IMG/VR virus record: IMGVR_UViG_3300031992_000005
Location: 192,001-256,000 of that record
Origin: a virus
DNA length: 64,000 nt
Direction: 5' to 3' (one strand)
Below the pieces are notes generated by a model. That model was not told the origin of the DNA. It made no database searches and saw only the letters and a list, made by a program, of their open reading frames with translations. How positions within the stretch are numbered: position 1 is the first letter of the stretch; each line of letters starts with the position of its first letter. Below, piece by piece: positions 43,060 to 53,365 of this stretch. The position numbers were made by a program, and so were the translations under genes.

Positions 43060-44542
43060 TACCCTGGTTGTTCAAACAGATGATCCCAATGATCATCTTT
43101 TTCTGGAAACTAAATTTTCGGAATATAAATATCGTCCCTGGACTAAAGACTGGGGACCTACTACTACTACAATTAAAATATATAATCCTGGAAGACATTC
43201 AGTAAAAGGAGGATTATATAGATATGAACTTGGCCTGGGTTGGGCAGCTTATCTTCTTGGAGTCTTTAAAGATAAGTTAAGCGCTGATAATTATAATTAT
43301 ATTATTGATAATATAATTAGATCAGATTCTTCTCCAAGATATCCCTTTCCTGAGCTAAGAGATTATCAGAACGATGACGTTCTATTTCTACTCAAGTATA
43401 GAATAGGACTCATGACTGTTAATACTGGATATGGAAAAACACAGACCATTGCAACTCTAACAAACTATGCTAAGAATGTACTAGGAAAAAAGGTATTAAT
43501 TGTCTGCCCTGGTAATAAGGCAAGGGATGAGATAGTTAAGAGATGTAAGTCCGTGTTTGGGTTAAACGTATCTAGTAAAGAAAAAGACGTAAACGGAGAG
43601 CTTGATTGTATAATAACTTCTGGTCTAAGCAATTCGGGGAGAACAAAAGATGGAAATAAGAGTGATTCTTTTAAGAAGACTCTAGCCTCATATGATTGGG
43701 TATTAGCCGATGAGGTTGAATATACAATAAATGCAGGAGGAGAATTCATTTATAGGAACTGTGTTAATGCAGAGAGATTTTATGGTTTTTCTGGAACTGC
43801 AGATAAAACTATGGCAGAGGCTATATCATTTAGCAACGGACTAAGTGATGTAGTCGTTAGAAACAAAGACTTAATAAAATATTTTGGTCCATCTTTAATT
43901 TATAGAATGCCCCTGAATATAGATCTTAGTTTTGTCCGAGTAAAATCAAAATCTATGGATGACCTATCTCTAGATTTTGAAAAAATAGATAAAAGTTCTA
44001 ATGTTTACCTCGAAATGATGAATCAAATCTGGACAGATCCAGGTATTTGTAATTCTATTGTTAATATTGTAAAACATTATCCTCTATGTTTTATTCCAAT
44101 TAATAACCTAGTAAATATCCTTAATCTTTGGATAGAAAAGTATTTTATAGGTACTTTTAAAATACTCTTAGTATGCGGAGAAGGTTATGTGTACTATGAC
44201 TTAGATGGAAATAAGACAGTATTAACTTTAGAGCAAGCCTGTGACTATATTAAGTCTAACAAAGTAGATGTTATTCCAAGTACTAGTAGCGGATATCGAG
44301 CATTAGATCTTCCAAAGTTGGAGAATATATGCCTCTTTGCTGGAAAATTAGCTGGAGTTACACTTCAATCTATTGGTAGGTGTGCTAGAGGTAAACATAT
44401 GAATATTATCACCCTAGAGGGATATTCTGAAAGAAAAATTCCAGTTTATACCAAAGGTGTAAAAGAAAGGAATGACTTGATTAAAAACTATTATCAATAC
44501 TGTAATATGACAGAGGAGGTAATAGAGGAGTGTAACCTATAA
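43028..44542 (+). CDS. SF2 DEAD/DEAH-type helicase
   Basis: LRDYQ, Walker A TGYGKTQT, Walker B LADEVE, motif III SGTA, motif VI QSIGRCARG. Confidence 0.7.
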   Translation: MLKITHNLDNNTLVVQTDDPNDHLFLETKFSEYKYRPWTKDWGPTTTTIKIYNPGRHSVKGGLYRYELGLGWAAYLLGVFKDKLSADNYNYIIDNIIRSDSSPRYPFPELRDYQNDDVLFLLKYRIGLMTVNTGYGKTQTIATLTNYAKNVLGKKVLIVCPGNKARDEIVKRCKSVFGLNVSSKEKDVNGELDCIITSGLSNSGRTKDGNKSDSFKKTLASYDWVLADEVEYTINAGGEFIYRNCVNAERFYGFSGTADKTMAEAISFSNGLSDVVVRNKDLIKYFGPSLIYRMPLNIDLSFVRVKSKSMDDLSLDFEKIDKSSNVYLEMMNQIWTDPGICNSIVNIVKHYPLCFIPINNLVNILNLWIEKYFIGTFKILLVCGEGYVYYDLDGNKTVLTLEQACDYIKSNKVDVIPSTSSGYRALDLPKLENICLFAGKLAGVTLQSIGRCARGKHMNIITLEGYSERKIPVYTKGVKERNDLIKNYYQYCNMTEEVIEECNL

Positions 44543-44597
44543 AAACAGAGATGGGGAGGGTTTATTACTTTATTAGTGTAATATAAATGGACGGTAT

Positions 44598-46034
44598 ATG
44601 TACGAGAACCAGAGTTACTTTGATTTAGTACTGAGTTTCTTTAATCAGTATATTTTTCAAGACGCTAAGAGTAACATAAATGAGCTAAAAACGTTCTTTA
44701 CTTATGAGGCATCTACTAGTGGAAACGCATTCATAGCACTATTATTAGACGCTATTAAGAATAATACCCTAAGTAACATAGATATTCCTATGTTTGAAAG
44801 TATTATGCTGCGAACTGGTAAGACGCCAGAAGAAAGTAAAGTAATTATGGATAAGATCCGCAGGTATAAGTTCTTCACTAAAGAGCAGATAGAACCTGCT
44901 AGAGAGCTTATGAGGGATCTAGTGGCTCAAGTTTATATAAGGAAAGCTAGACATCTTTACGAATCTTCTCCTTCCGGTTACTTAAACTATCTTAAACAAG
45001 TAGAATTTAAAACTTCTGGAGAAGACTACTTAAATTCAGTACCCTTTAATAGGGTGGACATGAATACTATAGTGGCTGACATGGATACAGCCAAACTTAC
45101 ATCTTCATATGATTTTATCAATCGATGCTTTACTGAAGAAGCTTATAAAGATGGAGATATTATAGTAATTAGTGCTCCTCCAAGTGTTGGTAAGTCGTTG
45201 ATAGCCGAAACTGAGGCCTTACATATGGTGTTAGAGCATAAGGTCCCAGTACACGCCTTGGTAATGGGTGACCTAGATATGTCTGCCCTAATTCTAAGAT
45301 TTGCTAGTATCTATTCTGGTAGACCTTTTAGCGAGGCAAGAAAAGATATAGTGAATATTTATAGGAGAATGTGTAACGACATTGGAGACCTACTAGATAT
45401 AACAATTGCTCCGGCAGGTGTAATTACAGCAAAGGACTATGTTCAGTATATCATAAACAGTCCTAAACATTATAAGGCTTGTTTCATCGATTATGACGAA
45501 AACTTTGCAATAGATTATACCGGAGGTGGTGGAGGAATGTACTCAGAATTCTCGAGTATCTATAATGAATTTACGAAATTGAAAGATAAGGGTATTTTAA
45601 CTGAAGTATTATGTCAGCCTAAAGTATATACTTGGGCAAGTGATAGTGAAACAATCGAACTAGGTGACTTAGGTACCAGTTCAAGAAAGGGTCATATTGC
45701 AGACGTAGTTATTACAGTTAAGAAGTTACCTAGAAGTCTAAATGGCTTATGTACCTTTAATCTGTGTAAAAATCGACATGGTATTGCAACAAAAATATAT
45801 ACCATAAGATTGAATAATGGTAGATTTATAGAGATACCAAGAGCATTATTTCAAGAGATCGCAAGTTATCAAGACTATAGAAACTATACCGAAGGTGAAA
45901 TACAAAGGATGGCTAGTAGCTATGAAATTCAGAATAGGCAACTACAGTCAGATATCGATAAAAGAACTAAAGGGTTTACTCCTAGTGGTCCTATGATAAA
46001 AAATACAGAAATGCCTTGGGGGAAAAATCCTTAA
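44598..46034 (+). CDS. DnaB/gp4-like replicative helicase (RecA-fold)
   Basis: Walker A SAPPSVGKS, Walker B ACFIDYDE, CKNRHG arginine-finger region. Confidence 0.65.
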   Translation: MYENQSYFDLVLSFFNQYIFQDAKSNINELKTFFTYEASTSGNAFIALLLDAIKNNTLSNIDIPMFESIMLRTGKTPEESKVIMDKIRRYKFFTKEQIEPARELMRDLVAQVYIRKARHLYESSPSGYLNYLKQVEFKTSGEDYLNSVPFNRVDMNTIVADMDTAKLTSSYDFINRCFTEEAYKDGDIIVISAPPSVGKSLIAETEALHMVLEHKVPVHALVMGDLDMSALILRFASIYSGRPFSEARKDIVNIYRRMCNDIGDLLDITIAPAGVITAKDYVQYIINSPKHYKACFIDYDENFAIDYTGGGGGMYSEFSSIYNEFTKLKDKGILTEVLCQPKVYTWASDSETIELGDLGTSSRKGHIADVVITVKKLPRSLNGLCTFNLCKNRHGIATKIYTIRLNNGRFIEIPRALFQEIASYQDYRNYTEGEIQRMASSYEIQNRQLQSDIDKRTKGFTPSGPMIKNTEMPWGKNP

Positions 46035-46041
46035 CACTTCA

Positions 46042-46836
46042 ATGGAAATACAGTTAATCGTAAAAATAAAAGAGGGCTTTGTTAGTACAAATGCTCTCTA
46101 TAATGCAAGAGTAACTTATGCAGGTGGACATCCTAGAGCACAAGTTTATAAAAATCCTAAAGCTGTTCGGGTTGAGTCTATAATTAGAGATCAACTCAGA
46201 GCAGTTGATTTTACAGAATACTTAGACTGGCTAAGGAATACTAAGCAATTTAAGATACTCTTTCAATTCATTCTTAAAAGTGGAGTAAAAAGAAAAGACA
46301 CTAGTAATTATATCAAGAACTTAGAAGATATCTGGACTAGATTTGTAAGAGAAGATCTTGGTATAGATAATTATGACGATAGTAAACATCTTGAAGTACA
46401 TGCATATAAATCTTTAATTCCAGGTTTAAAAGAAGAAATAGCCTGTATTCAAATTGTTGAATCTACTGCAAGTCTCAGATTCGATAAAATCGTAAAGCCA
46501 GAACAGGTTGTATTTCATTTCCCTAAGGGAGATCTGGAGACAAAAGATTTTGAGAAAACAATGAAAGACTTGGGACTTAAGTATGAATTTCAAGATTCAG
46601 TGAAAAAGTTGAAGGAGCCTAATGCAGACGTATTTATAGTATCTAATCCAGGTGTAAAAGATACTATAGATATTATTGACCACATTTATAGCTATAAGGA
46701 TTCTAGATTTACATATGTTATTACAGACTCTACTGAGCTAAAAGATAGATTAGACGCCTTTAAGTCAGCTACAGTGAGAGCAGTAGATCTAGAGGATTGG
46801 AATAATAAGTTAATGCAAATACTTCAAGTAACTTAA
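46042..46836 (+). CDS. RusA-like resolvase domain protein with C-terminal extension
   Basis: VSTNALYNARV.. and RKDTSNYIKNLEDIW resemble the RusA pattern D.(D/S)N..K...D. The call is tentative. Confidence 0.4.
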   Translation: MEIQLIVKIKEGFVSTNALYNARVTYAGGHPRAQVYKNPKAVRVESIIRDQLRAVDFTEYLDWLRNTKQFKILFQFILKSGVKRKDTSNYIKNLEDIWTRFVREDLGIDNYDDSKHLEVHAYKSLIPGLKEEIACIQIVESTASLRFDKIVKPEQVVFHFPKGDLETKDFEKTMKDLGLKYEFQDSVKKLKEPNADVFIVSNPGVKDTIDIIDHIYSYKDSRFTYVITDSTELKDRLDAFKSATVRAVDLEDWNNKLMQILQVT

Positions 46837-47261
46837 TGAGAACAGACGCAATAACTTCAGTAGATCATATAACAATTACTCCAGTAGGTTTTCGAGTTAA
46901 GTTAATGAACTTTGACCGAATTAACAAATTATTACCCAAATTAGATTGTATCACATATGACCTAGTTGGATTCGAAGTGGCTCATGGATTTACCCGAGTA
47001 TTTCCAACTTTCATTAACTTAAGCTTTGAAAATTTAAATGAAAGTGAAACTTATTATATAAATAAGTTTAATAGAATTAGTGGTAAGTTTGATCTTCAGG
47101 TAATTAGCAAGGAAACGGAGTATAATTTTTGTGGTTGTAGTTGTGGAAAAATACAGAGCATATCAGTAGCTGATGAACATATTCCTCTATTAAATGTGAA
47201 TATTTCATTTTCATATGGCTATTATAGGATAAATTATTATAAAACTATACAATATGAATAG
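46836..47261 (+). CDS. hypothetical protein
   Basis: 141-aa ORF with a TAATG overlap. Confidence 0.55.
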   Translation: MRTDAITSVDHITITPVGFRVKLMNFDRINKLLPKLDCITYDLVGFEVAHGFTRVFPTFINLSFENLNESETYYINKFNRISGKFDLQVISKETEYNFCGCSCGKIQSISVADEHIPLLNVNISFSYGYYRINYYKTIQYE

Positions 47262-47562
47262 TAAGGTATTTGATTTTAGAAAAAAATTATTAGAATATTC
47301 TGAAAAAGCTAATAAAATTTCATTAGAAACTCCCTCAGGGGGTGATGTATGTACTACATTAGTGCATAACTTGGTGGATGAATTTGGAACTATTCAGAAT
47401 AAGAATAAACCATTTTCATTCAAGTTGGAAAAAGTAGGAGATGAAGTAATGTTTTCCTACGGAGAAAATCCTCCTGCTAAAGTTAGTGAGGTTAATAGTA
47501 AACCTATCCTACAAACATTGGGTACTTTTAAGGATATTCTTGAATTTTCAGGCGGACAATAG
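47254..47562 (+). CDS. hypothetical protein
   Basis: 102-aa ORF. The stop codon lies inside the terminator loop. Confidence 0.55.
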   Translation: MNSKVFDFRKKLLEYSEKANKISLETPSGGDVCTTLVHNLVDEFGTIQNKNKPFSFKLEKVGDEVMFSYGENPPAKVSEVNSKPILQTLGTFKDILEFSGGQ

Positions 47563-47575
47563 GTCCGCCTTTTTC
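47551..47575 (+). terminator. intrinsic terminator
   Basis: GGCGGAC aatag GTCCGCC followed by T5. CCTTATCTTTG follows, just before ATG 47587. Confidence 0.65.
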
Positions 47576-47586
47576 CTTATCTTTGT

Positions 47587-48126
47587 ATGAACAAATTACT
47601 TATATCAAGAGAATATCATAACAGTGCAATGGAAATAAATTTGGCACTAGACACATTATCAGTGCCTAAAATTGTTTTATATAAGTTAGATAAGTATTCA
47701 CGTACCGTCAAGTGGTGGAAGTTAGATAGTTGGTTAAATTGGAATTATTATCCGGAACATATAGATTTTGTAACAATAGATAATATATTTTTAACCATAG
47801 GTTATTTTAGCATGTATGAATGTAAGTACATGCCTATAAAAAAACTAACCGATAGAACTTCACTGCACTTGGCATATGCTTGTAGTAAAGAAGTAAAAAA
47901 TATAACAATTTATTATCAAAGCATGTATGAAACCTATCTAAAATTAAATAGCTTAGATAATCACCATGTGACTGTATTTAATACTAAAAAAGATCTTATT
48001 AATTTTCTGAGTGAGTTCTATAAATACATAAGGGCGGATGATGAATGCCTATATAATTTCATGTTAAATCTATTCCGAGCTAATCACCTGATAAATGAAA
48101 CTGTACCAAGAATACCGATAAAATGA
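47587..48126 (+). CDS. tandem paralog family, member 1 of 12
   Basis: 179 aa, divergent. Core DNIFLTIGY and C-terminus LNLFRANHLI sit at the family positions. Confidence 0.55.
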   Translation: MNKLLISREYHNSAMEINLALDTLSVPKIVLYKLDKYSRTVKWWKLDSWLNWNYYPEHIDFVTIDNIFLTIGYFSMYECKYMPIKKLTDRTSLHLAYACSKEVKNITIYYQSMYETYLKLNSLDNHHVTVFNTKKDLINFLSEFYKYIRADDECLYNFMLNLFRANHLINETVPRIPIK

Positions 48127-48620
48127 AAAGTGACATTAAAGGAAGATTAGTATTACTCATTACTGAACGCAAACAAGAACTTGATTTTAAATACTGCAGT
48201 GTATGGGTAACTATAGAGAACTTAGTTCTTTCTAATTCAGGTAGTTACATATTTAATGCAGGCAAAAAAGATTATCCAGCTAGAATTGAAATACCAACCA
48301 CAAATGCAGATAAGTATCAGGTAGATCCCCTAAATCTATTAAATATAGGAAGCAACTTAGGATATCACCTGGGGTGGATTTCATTACCACAGTTTAAGTG
48401 TTTTTCTAGATGGAATGCAAAAAAGTGGTCAGCCAATCCTAGGATACGAGACTATAGCTTATGTTTCGCAAGAATTCCTTGGGGAAGTAGAAAATACTAT
48501 ATTTATGAATTAACTGGGGATGAATTAGCTCAGCTTTTCAAAAATTATATTAATACGATGGATAGCTATGCTATTCGAAACATATTAACGGAAATATTGA
48601 AGTATAATAAAGTAATATGA
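48123..48620 (+). CDS. tandem paralog family, member 2 of 12
   Basis: 165 aa with an ATGA overlap. Weak family match (LLNIGSNLGY; C-terminus EILKYNKVI). Confidence 0.5.
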   Translation: MKSDIKGRLVLLITERKQELDFKYCSVWVTIENLVLSNSGSYIFNAGKKDYPARIEIPTTNADKYQVDPLNLLNIGSNLGYHLGWISLPQFKCFSRWNAKKWSANPRIRDYSLCFARIPWGSRKYYIYELTGDELAQLFKNYINTMDSYAIRNILTEILKYNKVI

Positions 48621-49153
48621 ATACTGAATTAATCGTCTATAAAGATTACACTTCTACTAATAACTTTATTTATTTTATAAATTTCAATAAATTCAAAATC
48701 CCGATTGATCTATTAGATAACTCTCATTTGTGGGGAAACAGAATAATTATATCATCCTCTACAGCAATAGGTAAGCAGGTATTATCGGATAACTATCATA
48801 GATTGTACTTGGAAGAGTTTCCAGATATTGCCTTTTGCTTAGGCCAAAGTCCCAGTAATTTTAAGCACATGACTAAACGACAGTTGCATCTTAAGTTTCT
48901 GGGGAATCCTCGTTTTCTTGCTTCAACAAGCCAAGTATTCTATCGAAATTTTAAATGGAAATATTCGACAGGTGCACCTTGGGATTTATCAAGGAGTAGT
49001 ATATTCTTGTTTCAATCTTTACCATTAGATAAATGGTTCGTAGGTAAAATAATTTATGATTACCTATTCCGCGTTAAATTGCGTAATTGCACTCTTCCAG
49101 AAGATCTTAAAATCGCAGAACGCATATTTAACCTGAATGAGTGTTATGAATAG
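48617..49153 (+). CDS. tandem paralog family, member 3 of 12
   Basis: 178 aa with an ATGA overlap. N-terminus ELIVYKDY..FKIPIDLL; C-terminus AERIFNLNECYE. Confidence 0.55.
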   Translation: MNTELIVYKDYTSTNNFIYFINFNKFKIPIDLLDNSHLWGNRIIISSSTAIGKQVLSDNYHRLYLEEFPDIAFCLGQSPSNFKHMTKRQLHLKFLGNPRFLASTSQVFYRNFKWKYSTGAPWDLSRSSIFLFQSLPLDKWFVGKIIYDYLFRVKLRNCTLPEDLKIAERIFNLNECYE

Positions 49154-49580
49154 TGTTGAATTGACTCTATTTAAGAGATATGACGAAACTCATATGATTA
49201 TATATTTCCTAAAATTCGGGAAAATTACTTTACCTAATATCTCAAACCCTGTACGTGAAGTTTACTTAGACATTGGATTTGAATATTACAGGACTAAACA
49301 TGTTACATTAAGATATCTTCTGAACAACTTAGATTCGATCGTATATCGCTTTTCATTACCTAAGTTCAGGGGATACAATCAGGTAATCAGAAAGTTTAAA
49401 GTCTATAAAGACCCATTCCAAGTTATTTACTTAAAGGGGAAAGCTCTGGATAATGTATTAGAAAATTATCTTCAAGTAATCGATGATTGTTTAGAATATA
49501 CTAGTGTGAAAGAATATTCATTAATCAGGGACATTATCGTATGTAATCGAACCAATGATACAAGAACTATATATTATTAA
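49137..49580 (+). CDS. tandem paralog family, member 4 of 12
   Basis: 147 aa with a 17-nt overlap. Core EVYLDIGFEYY. Confidence 0.5.
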   Translation: MSVMNSVELTLFKRYDETHMIIYFLKFGKITLPNISNPVREVYLDIGFEYYRTKHVTLRYLLNNLDSIVYRFSLPKFRGYNQVIRKFKVYKDPFQVIYLKGKALDNVLENYLQVIDDCLEYTSVKEYSLIRDIIVCNRTNDTRTIYY

Positions 49581-50010
49581 TCTATTCGCAGTTAGAGATT
49601 TATACATGCACTATAAACGCTTATTGATTCCAAAATTATTTATATCTGCAGAAAAAAACGGTAGCTATAGAATTGGGGGTTATAAAAAAGATGACACATC
49701 TTCACTATTGGAAGTGAAAGACGTATATCTATATATGGGTTTTCATTTCTATGAAAATGATAAGGAAACCCAAACTATGAAATTCCTATCCCCTAGGAAA
49801 GTAAAAAACCTAATTTTTACATACCGTCCGGGTGCTGGGATTGGTAGATTTTATAAGAGTTTATTACCTACACCAACATATAGGTATTATCAAAAGACTG
49901 AATTAACGCCAGATCAGCTAGTTTATCTTAACCATATATATGTTCAAAATACAGCAAACGGTATCAGAGAAAAATTTCAGGAAATATTTAAACTGAATAA
50001 TATATGGTAG
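49555..50010 (+). CDS. tandem paralog family, member 5 of 12
   Basis: 151 aa. DVYLYMGFHFY, ELTPDQLVYL, C-terminus QEIFKLNNIW. Confidence 0.6.
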   Translation: MIQELYIINLFAVRDLYMHYKRLLIPKLFISAEKNGSYRIGGYKKDDTSSLLEVKDVYLYMGFHFYENDKETQTMKFLSPRKVKNLIFTYRPGAGIGRFYKSLLPTPTYRYYQKTELTPDQLVYLNHIYVQNTANGIREKFQEIFKLNNIW

Positions 50011-50483
50011 AACTATGTATTTTTAAGGGAAGTGTATTCCGGAGTTTCCTAGATATATACTTATATTTCTCTGAATTAAAAATTCCTGAGGTTTTTTTAT
50101 CTAGTACAGCTAAGAAAGTAGAAATTTTATCCGAATCCTCTACTAATTCTGATGAGATACTAACCTTCAATAATCTTTACCTGAGAATAGGTTATGTATA
50201 TAGTTCACAGGAAAGAATAAAGTCAATAACTTATAATTATTTTAAGAAAAAAATGTTAGGTAATCTATCACATGCAGTAGCAACAGAACTACTCTATGAT
50301 ATTCCTAGAACACCTTATTCATTTCCATTTCAGAGAATACAGATACCAGATGAATTGGTAGGTAGTATATTGAAACTTCATATTGAGCAGCTCTACTCCT
50401 TAGATATGTCAGAATACACTAGTGTATATAAAAAATCCGTTCATAGATGTGAGGAAATATTTAAACTGAATGATATATGGTAG
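50004..50483 (+). CDS. tandem paralog family, member 6 of 12
   Basis: 159 aa. MVELCIFKG.., ELKIPEVF, NLYLRIGY, C-terminus EEIFKLNDIW. Confidence 0.65.
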   Translation: MVELCIFKGSVFRSFLDIYLYFSELKIPEVFLSSTAKKVEILSESSTNSDEILTFNNLYLRIGYVYSSQERIKSITYNYFKKKMLGNLSHAVATELLYDIPRTPYSFPFQRIQIPDELVGSILKLHIEQLYSLDMSEYTSVYKKSVHRCEEIFKLNDIW

Positions 50484-50959
50484 AACTATGTATCTTTAAG
50501 GGACATTCAAACTTTTTTCCAGCTCTTATGTTAGATATATATTTACATTTCTCTGAATTAAAAATTCCTAAGGTTTTTATATATAGTACATATGAGAAAG
50601 TAGTAATTTTATCTGACTCCTCTACTAATTCTAATGATGAGATACTAACCTTTAATAATCTTTACTTGAAGATAGGTCATATATCTAGTTCACAAGAAAG
50701 ATTTAAACAAATGACCTACAATTACTTTAAGAAAAAGATGTTAGGTAATCTATTATACGCTATGGCAACAGAACTTTACCGTGATATTCCAAAAGAACTC
50801 TTCTTATTTCAGGAAATACAGATACCAGGTGAATTGGTAGGTAGTATATTGAAACACTACATCGAGCACTTTTATTCTACGGAGAGCGTACTTGGTGATA
50901 TATATATTAAATTCACCCGTATATATGAAGAGATATTTAAACTGAATAATATATGGTAG
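50477..50959 (+). CDS. tandem paralog family, member 7 of 12
   Basis: 160 aa. MVELCIFKG.., ELKIPKVF, NLYLKIGH, C-terminus EEIFKLNNIW. Confidence 0.65.
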   Translation: MVELCIFKGHSNFFPALMLDIYLHFSELKIPKVFIYSTYEKVVILSDSSTNSNDEILTFNNLYLKIGHISSSQERFKQMTYNYFKKKMLGNLLYAMATELYRDIPKELFLFQEIQIPGELVGSILKHYIEHFYSTESVLGDIYIKFTRIYEEIFKLNNIW

Positions 50960-51447
50960 AACTATGTATAAATAAAACAGGTGTAGATATATTCCCAGTC
51001 CGTTGGCATCAGCTAGATATATATTTATGTTTTTCTGAAATAAAAATTCCCAGGATTTTTATTTCTAGTATGGAGAAGACCGTAGAAATTTCACCAGAAT
51101 CTCCTACTCATTTTAACGATGACATATTAATCTTCAACAATATTTATTTGAAAATAGGTTATATATATAGTTTACGAGAAAGAGTGAAACTAGTGACTTA
51201 CAATTACCTTAAGAAAAAGATGTTGGATGATATGTCATCGTTGATGGCAAAAGAACTGCGCTATAATTTCCCAGAAACATCCTATTCTTTTCAGAGAATA
51301 CGACTACTAGATAAAGAAATAGAAAGTATATTGAAACATCACATCGAGTATCTTTACGCTATGAAGAACGTACTTGGTTATCTATATACTAGATATGTTT
51401 GTAGATATGAAGAAATATTCGAACTAAATGGATTATTATGCAAGTAG
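50953..51447 (+). CDS. tandem paralog family, member 8 of 12
   Basis: 164 aa. MVELCINK.., EIKIPRIF, NIYLKIGY, C-terminus EEIFELNGLL. Confidence 0.65.
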   Translation: MVELCINKTGVDIFPVRWHQLDIYLCFSEIKIPRIFISSMEKTVEISPESPTHFNDDILIFNNIYLKIGYIYSLRERVKLVTYNYLKKKMLDDMSSLMAKELRYNFPETSYSFQRIRLLDKEIESILKHHIEYLYAMKNVLGYLYTRYVCRYEEIFELNGLLCK

Positions 51448-51893
51448 AGTTGCGTACGTATTTGGAAGAATATAGTACCCATGTTTATTTAAGATTTCCC
51501 ACATTCAAGTTATACCATCGTTACGTTATTGAGCACAACGACGGATATCATATAGCACAAAACTCGGTGGTGTGGAGAAACCATATAATAGTAGAACAAA
51601 ATTTATATCTATTTCTAGGTGTAAAACCGTATCACGACTATAGACCAATTAAATTACAAACACGAAGACAAGTATATAATATGTTGGGACAAATATTTCA
51701 GCCTGGATTTGTTGGTCTTAGAAAAAATAATGATCACTTAGAAAAGGATTACTTTGTAAAAATAACCCTACCTGAAGAAAAAAGAAATGAAGTAGTGAAA
51801 TCACTAGTACAGAATCTTGTGCGTAATAATATTAATACTACTGCTATAGAGCAATTTAAGGAATTGCTTAAATTAAATGGTATACTTATATGA
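51438..51893 (+). CDS. tandem paralog family, member 9 of 12
   Basis: 151 aa. NLYLFLGV; C-terminus KELLKLNGILI. Confidence 0.6.
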   Translation: MQVELRTYLEEYSTHVYLRFPTFKLYHRYVIEHNDGYHIAQNSVVWRNHIIVEQNLYLFLGVKPYHDYRPIKLQTRRQVYNMLGQIFQPGFVGLRKNNDHLEKDYFVKITLPEEKRNEVVKSLVQNLVRNNINTTAIEQFKELLKLNGILI

Positions 51894-52384
51894 AAGAAGA
51901 TATTGTAGCTAAGTTAGTTATATCTAAAGGAACTTTTTCATACTGTTTAGCAGTTAATGATATAATCGTCCCAAAAGGATGTTTTGGTAATATGCTATTC
52001 TGTGTTTATAATGATGATGAAGAAAGATTCCGTAGTCTCTCTCCCGAGTTCTCAGGGAAATTACAAGGAACAGCCCATTTACGCCTGGGAACTATAAAAG
52101 AGAGATGTAAGTATATAACTAAACGGTCATTATTTAATATAATAAAGACCTCTCCATATATACACTCCCGTTTCTTTGTTAGTAATATGCAGGTAGCAAG
52201 TTTTCAAACTATATCACTAACTGAAACTGAATTATTAGACTTAGGTTCAATTCTTTTGGGGAAAATGAGAAACCATGTTACAGAGTATTATACTCCGAAT
52301 TATGAAGCTATATTTATAGCAAACGGGATATTTAAGAAAGAAGTATTTACTCCAATAACACCATATTGGAATTATGGCAGCTAG
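51890..52384 (+). CDS. tandem paralog family, member 10 of 12
   Basis: 164 aa with an ATGA overlap. HLRLGT, SLTETELLDLG, EAIFIANGIF. Confidence 0.6.
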   Translation: MKEDIVAKLVISKGTFSYCLAVNDIIVPKGCFGNMLFCVYNDDEERFRSLSPEFSGKLQGTAHLRLGTIKERCKYITKRSLFNIIKTSPYIHSRFFVSNMQVASFQTISLTETELLDLGSILLGKMRNHVTEYYTPNYEAIFIANGIFKKEVFTPITPYWNYGS

Positions 52385-52865
52385 GTTAGTGTTGATTAGG
52401 TATATTGAAGATGCTATTGACTATTACCTAATGTTAGATAAAATAACTATTCCTAATTCAGCTTTAGCGACATCCGGTATTAACTTAGTTGGTTCAAATG
52501 AAGAATGGTACCTATATTTAAAAGATAATGCAGTCAATGAAATACGGAAAACGACTACTGTATTTCTTTGTCGAAGTTATAGAAATATATATAAATATAC
52601 TACTAAACGCCTTTTTTATAAGTGGCTTAGAACGACTGGCTTATATAACATAAACTCAGAACCAATATTCTATGCTCACCTAAATCATTACCAGGAAGAG
52701 ATCTTTCAATCAATCCCCCTAACAAAAACAGAACTAGAAACAATCGGAACCCTGTTTTTGGAAAGACTTTTAGATAAAACTAGGTGTTACTATACCTCGG
52801 AATTTAATGAACGAAAAGAAAAGTATGAAATACTTTTTAAAGCAAATGGGATGTATAAAAAATGA
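52374..52865 (+). CDS. tandem paralog family, member 11 of 12
   Basis: 163 aa. IPLTKTELETIG; YEILFKANGMYKK. Confidence 0.6.
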   Translation: MAARLVLIRYIEDAIDYYLMLDKITIPNSALATSGINLVGSNEEWYLYLKDNAVNEIRKTTTVFLCRSYRNIYKYTTKRLFYKWLRTTGLYNINSEPIFYAHLNHYQEEIFQSIPLTKTELETIGTLFLERLLDKTRCYYTSEFNERKEKYEILFKANGMYKK

Positions 52866-53359
52866 GCGCTACTTTATTTATAGTTAAACATCCGGGTCCT
52901 CGCTCCATCTTTAATTATATTATACTGTTTGATGAAATCATTATACCAGAGGATGAGCTGGTCCGGGAGTGTATCATGATTTATGATAAACAGAATGACG
53001 CATATAAATGGCTAGCTGAGGAAACTCGTCCAGGAAAATATAAGGGAAATATTGCATTAAATATAGGTCGTGGACCAAGTAGAACTAAATTTCTGACTAA
53101 AAATATAGTTTTTAATTGGTTAAAGACTAGCAATCAGCTTAATAATTTTCCAAGATTCCTGATCAGATTAGATAAGGATTTTTGTTATTCATGGGAATAT
53201 ATATTTCAAACTATACCTTTGACAGGGGATGATCTTATTAAGATCGGAACTCGCCTTATTGATTATCCTCCTTACGAAGATATTAATAGGTATCGTTCTA
53301 CAGAATCATATAGAATTCTTTTCTCAGCAAACGGTTTATTTCCTCCCATAAATCCCTAA
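52862..53359 (+). CDS. tandem paralog family, member 12 of 12
   Basis: 165 aa with an ATGA overlap. IALNIGRG, IPLTGDDLIKIG, YRILFSANGLF. Confidence 0.6.
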   Translation: MSATLFIVKHPGPRSIFNYIILFDEIIIPEDELVRECIMIYDKQNDAYKWLAEETRPGKYKGNIALNIGRGPSRTKFLTKNIVFNWLKTSNQLNNFPRFLIRLDKDFCYSWEYIFQTIPLTGDDLIKIGTRLIDYPPYEDINRYRSTESYRILFSANGLFPPINP

Positions 53360-53365
53360 TTCCTT

